Positions 32,461 through 41,744 of a stretch of DNA of 64,000 nt are shown here, piece by piece. The notes beneath the pieces were generated by a model that saw nothing but the letters and a program-made list of their open reading frames with translations, ran no database searches and had not been told where the DNA came from. The stretch's first letter is position 1, and every line of letters starts with the position of its first letter. A program made the position numbers and the translations under genes. The stretch is from an uncultured Solirubrobacterales bacterium (GTDB lineage Bacteria > Actinomycetota > Thermoleophilia > Solirubrobacterales > Solirubrobacteraceae), in contig CAWFOV010000007.1 in assembly GCA_963817605.1 (NCBI GenBank), positions 37,792 to 101,791 on the forward strand. Direction: 5' to 3'.

Positions 32461-35400
32461 ATGAACCTGTCGGGCCAGGCTTTCAAGCCGTCGCTTCAGG
32501 AGCTGCTCGATAGCGGTGAGCTCGCAATCGCTCGTGGGCCCTTGCGCGCCTGGTTGAAACTCAACGCTCAGGCGCTCGGAGCCAGCTACGTCTATCCGGC
32601 TTGGCTGGAAGCTGGGGGTGGGCTCGATCTGGTGCGTGAGCCTCTGCGCGTTTGGTTGATAACCAATGCCCAAGCGATCCAAGCGAGCCACGTCTATCCG
32701 GCCTGGCTGGACGCCGGCGGGGAGCTCGATCTGGTGCGTGAGCCGATGCGCGCCTGGCTAGGAGAGCACGCTGACACTGAGGCCGCGGAGTTCGTCTACA
32801 AGGCGTGGCTGGGCGGCGGTGGCGAGCTCTCACTTGTGCGCGAGAACATCAAGCGATGGATCGAAGCGCACGGCCAAAGCAAGGATGCACGTTACGTCTA
32901 CAGCGCCTGGCTAGACGCCACGGGCCAACCCGGCTTTGTCCGTGAGGCCGTCAGCCAATGGCTGGCAGAGCATGCCACCCTGAAAGAGGCCCGGTTTCTC
33001 TACCGGTCCTGGCTCGATGCGGGCGGCGAGCGCGAGCTCGTGCGCGGGGAGATTGGGGCCTGGTTAGGCCAGCACGCTGGCGCAGCGAGTGCACACCACG
33101 TGTACTGCGCCTGGCTAGAGGCGAAAGGTGAGCGCAGCTTCGTTCGTGAGGGCATCAGCCAATGGCTGGCAGAGCATGCCACCCTGAAAGAGGCCCGGTT
33201 TCTCTACCGGTCCTGGCTCGATGCGGGCGGCGAGTGTGAGTTCGTGCGCGAGGAGATCAGGGCCTGGCTGGCTCTCCATGGAGAGGACGAGGACGCCAGC
33301 TTCCTTCTCAGGGCATGGCTCGAGTCAGAGGGAGAGCTCGATTTCGTGCGCGAGCCGGTACGTGGATGGCTTGACGTTCATGGCCAGAGCACGATTGCGA
33401 GCATCATGTACTGGAAGTGGCTGCAAGCCAAGGGCGAGCTCGAGCTCGTGCGCCAGCGGATCAGCACATGGCTGGCCAGCTTTTCTCTAACGACGCACGC
33501 AAGGCTCGTCTATTGCGGGTGGCTCGACGCCCGGGGCGAGCCTGAGCTGATTTCGCAAGCACTTGGGCAATGGCTCAAAAAGCACGGAAGCGACAAAGAT
33601 GCGCGATCGGTCTATGACGCATGGTTACAGGCGGGCGGTGGGCTCGAGTTCGTGCGTGAGCCGATCGGGCGGTGGCTTGCCATTCACGGCAGTGACCGGT
33701 GGGGAGGATTTGTTTACCGGGCGTGGCTCGAGGCCGGAGGCGAGCCCGGGTTTATCATGAAGCCACTCACAGGATGGCTGACGCGGCACGCTGAGGCCAG
33801 GGACACGCGATATGTGCTCGAGGCGTGGTTACAGGCATCCCGCGAGCCTGAGATGATCCTAAAGCCGCTGCGTAATTGGCTCGAGGTCAATGGCGATACG
33901 CTGAATGCCAGCTTCCTTTATCCAGCGTGGCTGAAAGCTGGAGGTGACATTGAGATCGTCCGTGAGGCGATCGGGCGGTGGCTTGCCATTCACGGCAGCC
34001 AGGAGATAGCCGCATTTGTCTATGACGCATGGCTGGGCGGCAAGGGTGACCTCGAGCCCGTGCGTGAGGGCATCCGCGAGTGGCTTTCACTTCACGGCGA
34101 AACCGTGACGGCCAAACTCGTCTACCAAGGCTGGCTGGACAGGACCGGTGAGGCCGGGTTTGTGCGCGAGCCGATCCGCGGATGGCTCGAGGTTCACAAG
34201 GACAGTGCAGATACCGGGTCGGTATGCCGCTCATGGCTGGAGGCCTCCGGGGAGCTTGCCATCGTTCGCGATCCGCTTTCCAGGACGATTGCCAGCTATG
34301 GCGACGAGCAGCACACGTGGTATGCCTATGAGGCGTGGCTGCGGGCAGGTGGTGAGCTCCCCCTTGTTCGCGAGCCGGTTAGGGCATGGCTAGGGGCTTG
34401 TGGCAACACTGAAGACGCCAGTTTCGTCTATGCCGCATGGCTGGCAGCTCAGGGCGAGCTTTCCCTGGTGCGTGAGCCGCTGAGACGCTGGCTCGAGATT
34501 CATGGCGAGAGCGACCGCGCGCAATTCGTCTACGAGCGCTGGCTGGAAGCAAACGGCGAGACGGATGTGATTGGCTCACCGCTGCAGGCGTGGCTGGGGC
34601 TCTTCGGCGACACGCAGCCTGCCAACATAATTTGCCGTAAGTGGCTGCAAGCCGGCGGGCAGCCAGCGCTCGTGCGTGAGCCCATCGGCAAATGGCTAGC
34701 CGCCAACCACGACGCAAAGACCGTCCAGTTCGTCTGCCAGGCATGGCTGGAAGCTTCGGGAGAGCTTTCGCTGGTGCGCGAGCCGCTGCGGCGCTGGCTC
34801 GATAAGTATCAAGCTGCTGAGGCCGCCAGATTTATCTATACGTCGTGGCTGGCGGCCGGTGGTGAGCTTTCACTGGTTCGTGAGCCAATGGCGAGCTGGC
34901 TTCACCGGCACGCTCACCTCGAGGACGCCAAGTTCGTTCTCAGAGCCTGGCTGCGAGCAGACGGCGAGCTTTCCGTTGTGCGCACCCCGATTGCGGTCTG
35001 GCTCGATGCTAACGCCCAAACGGACACGAGCTTTGTCTGGGTGCCATGGATTCGTGCCAAAGGCGACATTTCATTCGCTCGCGAGCACGTATGCGAGTGG
35101 CTCAAGCGCTATGGCACGACTGAGAACGCCCGCTATCCCTACGAGGCCTGGCTTGATTGTCAAGATGAGGTGTACCTTCTCCGCGAGCCGGTCACCCGGT
35201 GGCTTTCAGTTCACGCAGAGAACGCAGACGCGAGCTACCTCTACGCCGCATGGCTGAAGGCCGGAGGCGATACGGGCTTCCTCGCCGAGGGGCTAAAGCG
35301 CTGGCTCTCAGTCCATGCCAACACCCCACGCGCACACTTCGTCTATGAGCGCTGGATAGACGCAAAGGGTCCACACGACACTATCCGTGAGCCTTTGCGG

Positions 35401-35724
35401 ACCTGGCTTCGGGATCACAGCCAAACCACCGCGGCCAACATCATCTGCCGCAAGTGGCTGGCGGCCGGCGGCGAGATGGACGTCGTACGCGAGCCAATCG
35501 GAAAATGGCTCACATCTCACAGCGACACGGCAAACGCACGATTCATTTACAGCGAGTGGCTGCAAGCCGGAGGCGAACTCGATCTCGTACGCGAGCCAAT
35601 CCGCAGATGGATCTCAAACCACGCCAACACGATAGACGCCAAGCACCTGCGCCGCAGGTGGATCAAGGCCGGAGGCGAACCCGGAGTAGTGGACGAAAGC
35701 GGCAGGGCACCCGCCTATGCCTGA
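32461..35724 (+). CDS. Tandem 34-aa helical repeat protein (30 full repeats, a degenerate first repeat and a terminal half repeat)
   Basis: Consensus AxFVYxAWLxAGGELxLVREPxxxWLxxHGxxxx; 40 + (30x34 - 1) + 28 = 1087 aa. Confidence 0.92.
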   Translation: MNLSGQAFKPSLQELLDSGELAIARGPLRAWLKLNAQALGASYVYPAWLEAGGGLDLVREPLRVWLITNAQAIQASHVYPAWLDAGGELDLVREPMRAWLGEHADTEAAEFVYKAWLGGGGELSLVRENIKRWIEAHGQSKDARYVYSAWLDATGQPGFVREAVSQWLAEHATLKEARFLYRSWLDAGGERELVRGEIGAWLGQHAGAASAHHVYCAWLEAKGERSFVREGISQWLAEHATLKEARFLYRSWLDAGGECEFVREEIRAWLALHGEDEDASFLLRAWLESEGELDFVREPVRGWLDVHGQSTIASIMYWKWLQAKGELELVRQRISTWLASFSLTTHARLVYCGWLDARGEPELISQALGQWLKKHGSDKDARSVYDAWLQAGGGLEFVREPIGRWLAIHGSDRWGGFVYRAWLEAGGEPGFIMKPLTGWLTRHAEARDTRYVLEAWLQASREPEMILKPLRNWLEVNGDTLNASFLYPAWLKAGGDIEIVREAIGRWLAIHGSQEIAAFVYDAWLGGKGDLEPVREGIREWLSLHGETVTAKLVYQGWLDRTGEAGFVREPIRGWLEVHKDSADTGSVCRSWLEASGELAIVRDPLSRTIASYGDEQHTWYAYEAWLRAGGELPLVREPVRAWLGACGNTEDASFVYAAWLAAQGELSLVREPLRRWLEIHGESDRAQFVYERWLEANGETDVIGSPLQAWLGLFGDTQPANIICRKWLQAGGQPALVREPIGKWLAANHDAKTVQFVCQAWLEASGELSLVREPLRRWLDKYQAAEAARFIYTSWLAAGGELSLVREPMASWLHRHAHLEDAKFVLRAWLRADGELSVVRTPIAVWLDANAQTDTSFVWVPWIRAKGDISFAREHVCEWLKRYGTTENARYPYEAWLDCQDEVYLLREPVTRWLSVHAENADASYLYAAWLKAGGDTGFLAEGLKRWLSVHANTPRAHFVYERWIDAKGPHDTIREPLRTWLRDHSQTTAANIICRKWLAAGGEMDVVREPIGKWLTSHSDTANARFIYSEWLQAGGELDLVREPIRRWISNHANTIDAKHLRRRWIKAGGEPGVVDESGRAPAYA

Positions 35725-35899
35725 GCCGCGGGATCCTCACCGCGTGGAATCCTCGAAGGCTTAAGTCGAGGCGGCTCTCCTCTCAAAGCAACTGCGCGGC
35801 GAGCGCTCTGGGGCCGGGTATAGTCCGGCGGGGAGGAATGAGCATTGCGCGGGCGATGGGGCTGGCGGTATTTTGACGGAGCGGAGGTGAGGGGCCCAG

Positions 35900-36265
35900 A
35901 TGCCTCGTGTACGGATAAATCGCACTGCGGGCGCCCGCCAAGGGATCAGCTACGTCGGTGTTTCGCAAAAGTCAAAAGACGATGGTGTTCGCTCGGCGCG
36001 AGCACGGCGAGCAAAGAAAAAGCTGCTCCGTGAAGCACAGGCGCTGAGCGCTCCCACCGGGCCGGCCGACTGGAAGGCTGCGGGCGAGGGCTTGCACCGC
36101 CTGCAGGAACGCTGGAGGATGGCTGGGTTTGCCGGTGAGGAGCACGACCAGCGGCTCTGGAAGCAGTTCAAGAAGGCAGGCGATCAGTTTTGCCGCCTGC
36201 GCGAGGCGCACTATGCCGAAGTCAAGCGCATCAGCAAGCTCGAGAAGTCTCGCGAGGGGGACTGA
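35900..36265 (+). CDS. DUF349-like protein
   Basis: KKKLLREAQAL...DWKAAGEGLHRLQERWRMAG...DQRLWKQFKKAGDQF. Confidence 0.65.
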   Translation: MPRVRINRTAGARQGISYVGVSQKSKDDGVRSARARRAKKKLLREAQALSAPTGPADWKAAGEGLHRLQERWRMAGFAGEEHDQRLWKQFKKAGDQFCRLREAHYAEVKRISKLEKSREGD

Positions 36266-36288
36266 CTATCTATCCGAAACTCCTCATC

Positions 36289-36398
36289 TTGCAGTTTCCA
36301 GCTAAGCAGCCAAGGGACTCCGGAACGACCGGCCACCGCTTCGTTTTTTGCAGTTCCAGCTAAGCAGGCCGCGGGACTCCGGAACGACCGGTCACCGC
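36289..36398. repeat. Two-copy ~51-bp tandem repeat (period about 59-60 bp) upstream of ssb
   Basis: ttgcagt(t)tccagctaagcag...gggactccggaacgaccgg[c/t]caccgc occurs twice. Confidence 0.8.
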
Positions 36399-36523
36399 GA
36401 AGCGGTCTAGGTCGGAACGGAGTTCCAGGCCGCGTCATCCCGTCCCAAGCGCGGCCTAGTCTGGCTTGAATGAGTCGCAGCCTCAAGAGCACCGGCGAGC
36501 TCCTCGGGCGTTAGGAGCCATCC

Positions 36524-36919
36524 GTGTCACCCCCCAACATCAACCACGTGATGCTCACCGGGCATCTCACAAATGACCCTGAGCTATGCGTCCTGCCCTC
36601 GGGGGGCAAGCTGTGCAAGTTGCGGATCGCGCTCAACGCCCGGCGCAGGCACCCTCTCACCGGAGACATGCAAGAGAAACCCCATTACTTCGACGTGGTG
36701 GTGTTCGGCAGCCAGGGCGAGAACGCCGCTAGATACCTCCATAAAGCGCGGCCGGTAGCTGTCGGCGGATACCTGGACTGGCAATCCTGGAAGACCGAGG
36801 ACGACCTCCAGGCAGAGGCGGTGGTCGTGATCGCGAACACCGTTCAGTTCATCGGCTCCTCGCCGGACCAGATTCCTGGCGGGGCGAGTGAGGGCGGGGC
36901 GAGTGAGGGCGGGGCCTAA
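36524..36919 (+). CDS. ssb: Single-stranded DNA-binding protein
   Basis: INHVMLTGHLTNDPEL...YFDVVVFGSQGENAARYLHK...VIANTVQF. Confidence 0.88.
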   Translation: MSPPNINHVMLTGHLTNDPELCVLPSGGKLCKLRIALNARRRHPLTGDMQEKPHYFDVVVFGSQGENAARYLHKARPVAVGGYLDWQSWKTEDDLQAEAVVVIANTVQFIGSSPDQIPGGASEGGASEGGA

Positions 36920-37883
36920 ACGACAGCCATTCGCTGTCCTTGATCGCCTTCTCACAGGGCGCCACGATCGCTCCGGCCCTGACCAGCGCTCCAATCGCTG
37001 AGCGATACTCGCTCTTGCAGAACCTGCCGAACAATTCAGGCGATACCGACATGGCGTGGATGATCTGCGTCGTTGACGCATGACCGACGCTGGCGCCAAA
37101 CCGCTCGATCGCCTTTCCCAGCTCGCCGGTATCCGCTTCGCCAGCACCGGACTGTTTGCGCTCGCTCCTGCACAACAGCTCGCTCATCAACGTAACACCC
37201 GCGGGAGAGCGGGTGGCAAACAGCCATCTGACGGGCGGTGGTCCTGAGCCCGTCACTCGGACCGGGATCTCATACACATAGGAATAACCACAGCTCCGCA
37301 GGCAGGCGCCGTACAGAACCGCGGCGCGCTGCAGGCCACCCTGCCGGTCCGCCTGATTCCACAGCGTGCTGCCGAGGACCGCGTCAAAACGCTGCTGGCT
37401 CACACTCCCCGCGAGCTCTTCATAGGCGCCGGCATCGAGTTTCAGCAACAACTCGCTCTTGCGGCCCTTGCGGGTGATGAGGCGCTGCAATGTCTCGACA
37501 CTCACACCCTCGCCTGCGAATGGGCTGCAGGCGATAAACGCGGGCTCGACCCCGATCAGGCGAAGGACGTGCTGGATCTGTACCTCGATCGTGCCCGGAA
37601 GGCTGATCGCGACCGGCGGGCCACCCCGCACGAGATCCTTCTCCAGCCCGGCCAGCACGCCGCCGTCCACCGCGAGGTTGATCGTGCGCACCTCCAGAAC
37701 GCCCTCGAGCAAAGACTGTTCGCGCGCCCACCGGGCATATGCCAGCGCCGTGCGCTCGCCGGGCCTCACCGATGCGCTGATCAGCCACAGGCAGCGGCTT
37801 CCGCGGCGCCATTGATCAGAGCGGTCCTCGAGATAGGTTCGCAGCAAGATCCACTCCACCGGGACGCGGGCACCTAGGCCCAT
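36916..37883 (-). CDS. Degenerate TcmP/GMT-like protein with C-terminal wHTH
   Basis: LLRTYL N-terminus, FDAVLGSTLW, EIPV...WLFATRSPAGVTLMSE, SEYRSAIGALVRAG; SAM motif not evident; 3' end uncertain. Confidence 0.4.
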
Positions 37884-37894
37884 CGGTCAAGGCA

Positions 37895-39436
37895 TCACAC
37901 CGCGATGTCATCGCCCAGGCTGCTGCTGATTCGCAGCGACAGCGCGTTCTCCAGATGACTGGCACGTACCCGCTCGCTGCCGGCGAGATCGGCGATCGTG
38001 CGCGCAACACGCAGCGCGCGATGCTGGCCACGAATGCTCAGCAACCCCCGCTGGCGCGCGCCGATCAGCATCCCCTCCGAGCGCTCGTCGAGTCTTATGT
38101 ACTCCCGCAGCATGGGCGGGTCCAGCTCGGCGTTGACGGTGATCCCCAGGCCAGCGAAGCGAGCCGCCTGGCGTTCCCTGGCTTCCATCACCAGCTCGCG
38201 AGCGCGTGCCGAAGTGGTCAGCGGCTGGGCCGCCAGCATCTGCTGGTCGTTGTGTTGCACACGCGGGAACAGATCGATGCGGTCGAGCAACGGCCCGCTC
38301 AGCTGGCGGCGGTAATGAGCGAGTTCTCGCTGAGAGCACTTGCAACGCCCGGGAACCCCGGCGTAGCCGCACCCGCACGGGTTGGTCGCCGCGACGAGCA
38401 TGAAGCGAGCCGGGTAGATCGCTGAGTGCCGGGCGCGAACGATCACCACACGGCCCTCCTCCAGCGGCTGGCGGAGAGCCTCGAGCGTGGGACGTGCGAA
38501 CTCTGTGAGCTCATCGAGGAACAGGACCCCATGGTGGGCGAGCACGACCTCTCCCACCCAACCGGTTTTGGCGCCTCCGATCAGGCCAGCCGTGGTGGCA
38601 GTGTGGTGAGGCGCCCGAAAGGGCCTGTCATATTTCAGCTTTTCCGCCACCTCGCTGCTCCCCAAGCTGTGAATGCGCAGCACGTCCACTGCCTCGGAAC
38701 GGTCCAGCGGCGGCAAGATCGAGGGCAAGCGCTGCGCCAGCATCGTCTTTCCGGTTCCCGGCGGGCCGGTGAACAGCAGGTTGTGGCTGCCGGCCGCGGC
38801 GATGACCAATCCCCGGACCGCCTCGCGCTGGCCTTGCACGTCAACCAGGTCGAGAGGACGAGTGGTGGACGGGATGCGAACAGGCCGGCCGTCGGCCGCC
38901 GGCAATGGGTCGGCAGGACCGCCGCTCAGGAAACGCACCGCGCTCGACAGCCGCCCGGTGACGGCCACCTCGATCTCCTCGACAAGGACCGCCTCCCGTG
39001 CGCGCTCGGCGCCGAGGATGAGGGTTTCCAGGCCGTCATGAGCTGTGCCCTGGGCAGCCCCCAGGGTGCCCTGACAGGCACGTATTGAGCCATCGAGAGC
39101 AAGCTCTCCGTACAGGGCAACGCGCTGCAGCCGCTCGGCCGGCAGCTGGCCGCTCGCCGCCAGCACCGCACAGGCCAGCGCGAGATCGAACGCTGGACCG
39201 ACCTTCTTTACATCCCCCGGCGCGAGATTGGCGATGATCCGCTGGCTGGGGAATTCATAGCCCGAGTTGACGATCGCCGAGCGCACGCGGTCGCGAGCCT
39301 CGCGCACCCCGGCGTCGGCCAAGCCCACCACGGTGAAGGTGGGCAACCCCGGGCGCACATCGACCTCCACGGTGACCGGGCGGATCTCAAACCCGTTGAC
39401 GGCAAACGTCCGTGCTTGAGCAAGCATTCTGCTCAA
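37895..39436 (-). CDS. comM: YifB/ComM Mg-chelatase-like AAA+ ATPase
   Basis: VGLADAGVREARDRVRSA, GPPGTGKT, RPFRAPHH, HHGVLFLDE, NPCGCG, SGPLLDRID. Confidence 0.9.
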   Translation of the reverse strand: MSRMLAQARTFAVNGFEIRPVTVEVDVRPGLPTFTVVGLADAGVREARDRVRSAIVNSGYEFPSQRIIANLAPGDVKKVGPAFDLALACAVLAASGQLPAERLQRVALYGELALDGSIRACQGTLGAAQGTAHDGLETLILGAERAREAVLVEEIEVAVTGRLSSAVRFLSGGPADPLPAADGRPVRIPSTTRPLDLVDVQGQREAVRGLVIAAAGSHNLLFTGPPGTGKTMLAQRLPSILPPLDRSEAVDVLRIHSLGSSEVAEKLKYDRPFRAPHHTATTAGLIGGAKTGWVGEVVLAHHGVLFLDELTEFARPTLEALRQPLEEGRVVIVRARHSAIYPARFMLVAATNPCGCGYAGVPGRCKCSQRELAHYRRQLSGPLLDRIDLFPRVQHNDQQMLAAQPLTTSARARELVMEARERQAARFAGLGITVNAELDPPMLREYIRLDERSEGMLIGARQRGLLSIRGQHRALRVARTIADLAGSERVRASHLENALSLRISSSLGDDIAV

Positions 39437-39673
39437 GCTACGCCGCGCTTTGGACGGTTTGGCGGCGCGAGAGCGGGCCGGGCCTCAGCGGGCTCTTAAA
39501 TAAAAGAGGGCCCCTCGGCCAATCGTGGGCGGTCTAGACCGGCAAGAGGCCGTTAAATGCAAAAAGCGCCCCTGGGCAAACCGCGCAGGCGTTTCAGAGC
39601 GCCAGCAGGGCCCCGCCATATGAAGATGACGAGGCCCTGTGCTCACTGCGCGGCAGGCTTTTCAAGGCCAGGC

Positions 39674-40057
39674 TCAAGCGGCCGGGCATGCGGAAGGCTC
39701 TTGGGCAAGAACATCGGTCACGATCATGAGCACAAGCCCGACATGCTCATCCTTGGCCAGAGCCTTGTCCAATCCGTTGCCGCCAAGTTCCGTTGACAGT
39801 TTCCTGATGACCTCGGGAATCCTGTCGAGGTCGAAGTGCCATCCAGTAAACACCCACGCGGCGCGGTCCCAAGCAGGACATTCCTGACACCGTTCAGCCG
39901 CCAGGGTCATCTCCATGTAGTCCGCGAGGCCTGTGAGCGTTATTGGGATGCTTTGAGCGCGCATCAGCTCAGTCAGAGCATCCAAGTACCTGTACAGATG
40001 CATCGCGATAGCCATGCCCCGCCAGCGCCGGTCCTCCTCAGTATCGACATAGGTCAT
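39674..40057 (-). CDS. Hypothetical protein
   Basis: ATGA overlap with the upstream ORF. Confidence 0.5.
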   Translation of the reverse strand: MTYVDTEEDRRWRGMAIAMHLYRYLDALTELMRAQSIPITLTGLADYMEMTLAAERCQECPAWDRAAWVFTGWHFDLDRIPEVIRKLSTELGGNGLDKALAKDEHVGLVLMIVTDVLAQEPSACPAA

Positions 40058-40497
40058 GGTGAGACCCCTTTCTTTTCATCAGTGCCTACATAATTGATAG
40101 CCCAAAAATGGTGAGGGCTCGTCGCTTCGTCACGGCTTTCGTTCTCTTTCCTGAGACATTCGCGACACACCCAATAGACCCGAGGAGCAAGACCACAAAG
40201 CTCTTCCCAGTCATGAGCCGGCCTGAGCTCATCGGCGTCCTTGTTACACCACTCACATTGCCCGTCCAGCCGAACCGAAGGCGGGATGGCAGGCCAACCC
40301 TCTTCCGCAGGCCATCCATGTTCAGCACAGATCTGGGCGTCTATTGCGTTAAGCTCCCGCTGCTCCTCGCAGTACCGCTCAAATTCAGCCTCCTCCTGCT
40401 CTGGATCGCCACAACTGGCGTCGTGCGAATGTGCTGCCCTGATCCTCACGAACAGCCCGTGGACCAAGCGAACTAGGAGTTTCCATATAACGGTCAT
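40054..40497 (-). CDS. Hypothetical protein with CxxC...CxxC (Zn-binding)
   Basis: CEWC...CREC; AAGGAGG RBS. Confidence 0.55.
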   Translation of the reverse strand: MTVIWKLLVRLVHGLFVRIRAAHSHDASCGDPEQEEAEFERYCEEQRELNAIDAQICAEHGWPAEEGWPAIPPSVRLDGQCEWCNKDADELRPAHDWEELCGLAPRVYWVCRECLRKENESRDEATSPHHFWAINYVGTDEKKGVSP

Positions 40498-40621
40498 CTC
40501 AGTTCCCTCCTTCAAATAGGTTGTTAACGCCGCAGAGCGCGGCTGGACTCCGTATCTCTACGAAGTCCAACCGGGGTGCTCTGCGGTTGCCTCTCCCGGA
40601 AATCGTTCGCTGCCCTTCGTG

Positions 40622-40852
40622 CTACGGGGTGCCGGTCGATTCCAGTTGCACGTCGATGACGGCGATCTGACTTTCACCGCGGCCAATGGCGGCAGCCATC
40701 TGCAACATGGCCTTGGGCGATCCGCATCCCTGATCTCGCCGGCGTTCGAGAGACTGCCGCAGCTCCGTCCTGCGCGCTCTCACCTGAGCGACGAGCTCGT
40801 CGCGATCGTCGATCAGCCTTTCGCGCTTATCAGCAGTGGTTGTCTTGCTCAT
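40622..40852 (-). CDS. Small coiled-coil protein
   Basis: RBS and an upstream family-A hairpin. Confidence 0.5.
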   Translation of the reverse strand: MSKTTTADKRERLIDDRDELVAQVRARRTELRQSLERRRDQGCGSPKAMLQMAAAIGRGESQIAVIDVQLESTGTP

Positions 40853-40963
40853 GATGTTCGAGCCCCTTTCGGCTTGATTTGCTTGCCCAGAACGACGAGA
40901 GGCCCCGCCACCCGAAGGTGACGAGGCCTCTCTCTTTGCTACTGCTGCTTTGGGTCTAGGCGC

Positions 40964-41485
40964 CTATGAGCGCGCTTTGCTTTTCGTGCTTTTGCCTTTC
41001 GTGCTGGCTTTCGTGCTTTTGCCTTTGGTGCTGCTTTTCGTGCCTTTGCTTTTCGTGCTTTTGCCAGCGGACGGTTTGCTGCTGGCCTTGGCGGCCGGGG
41101 TCGGCTCGGCGTCAGAGGCCGTGCTGGCGTCTGACTGCCCGGACGCCTTCTGCACGAGCGTGATCCCGTCCGGGGCGTTCCCCGCGACGATGCTCACGAC
41201 GTCGTGGCGCCCGTCGCCCTCGCCCTTCGTGTAGGAGTCGAGGTACCCCTCGTTGACGCGCACCTTCTGGCCCTTGACGAACGCGGCCACCTCCGTGGCC
41301 CGCGAGCCATACACCTTGACGTCGAAGAACCGTGGGTGGTTCTTCCAGACCTTCGTTGTGGGGTCCTGGCGGCGCCGGTTGCACGCGATACGCAGCAGAG
41401 ATACCGGGGTGCGACCCTGCTTCTCGATGTACACGGCGTCCCGCGTGAGGTTGCCTTCCACCGTAACTGTGTTCTTGTCAGCCAT
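40964..41485 (-). CDS. ssb: SSB with Lys/Ser/Thr-rich basic tail
   Basis: NTVTVEGNLTRD...FFDVKVYG; tail KSTKSKGTKSSTKGKSTKASTKGKSTKSKARS. Confidence 0.8.
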   Translation of the reverse strand: MADKNTVTVEGNLTRDAVYIEKQGRTPVSLLRIACNRRRQDPTTKVWKNHPRFFDVKVYGSRATEVAAFVKGQKVRVNEGYLDSYTKGEGDGRHDVVSIVAGNAPDGITLVQKASGQSDASTASDAEPTPAAKASSKPSAGKSTKSKGTKSSTKGKSTKASTKGKSTKSKARS

Positions 41486-41744
41486 TTTCAATACCTCTTT
41501 CTGGTTAGGTTTAACGACGAAAGCCCCGCCGCCCAAAGGTGACGAGGCCTGTTTGCTGCTTGTGTGAGAGAGAATCTTGCTACTCGGCAGAGCTCGGTAG
41601 ACGGAGGTCCACGAGCAAGGGGCAGTAGCAAGAACCGCTGTTCAGACATGTGACCTCCTAATGGGTCGTTTCCTAGAACGACGAAAGCCCCGCCGCCGGA
41701 AGGTGACGAGGCCTCTTGCTGCTTTTAGGTGTACTACTTCGGGG

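Noticed and set aside
32461-35724. Calling the repeat protein a bona fide TALE
   Set aside because: It lacks the LTPxQVVAIAS-RVD-GGKQAL consensus and the TALE N- and C-terminal regions; only the repeat length, GG/HG turns and half repeat are similar.
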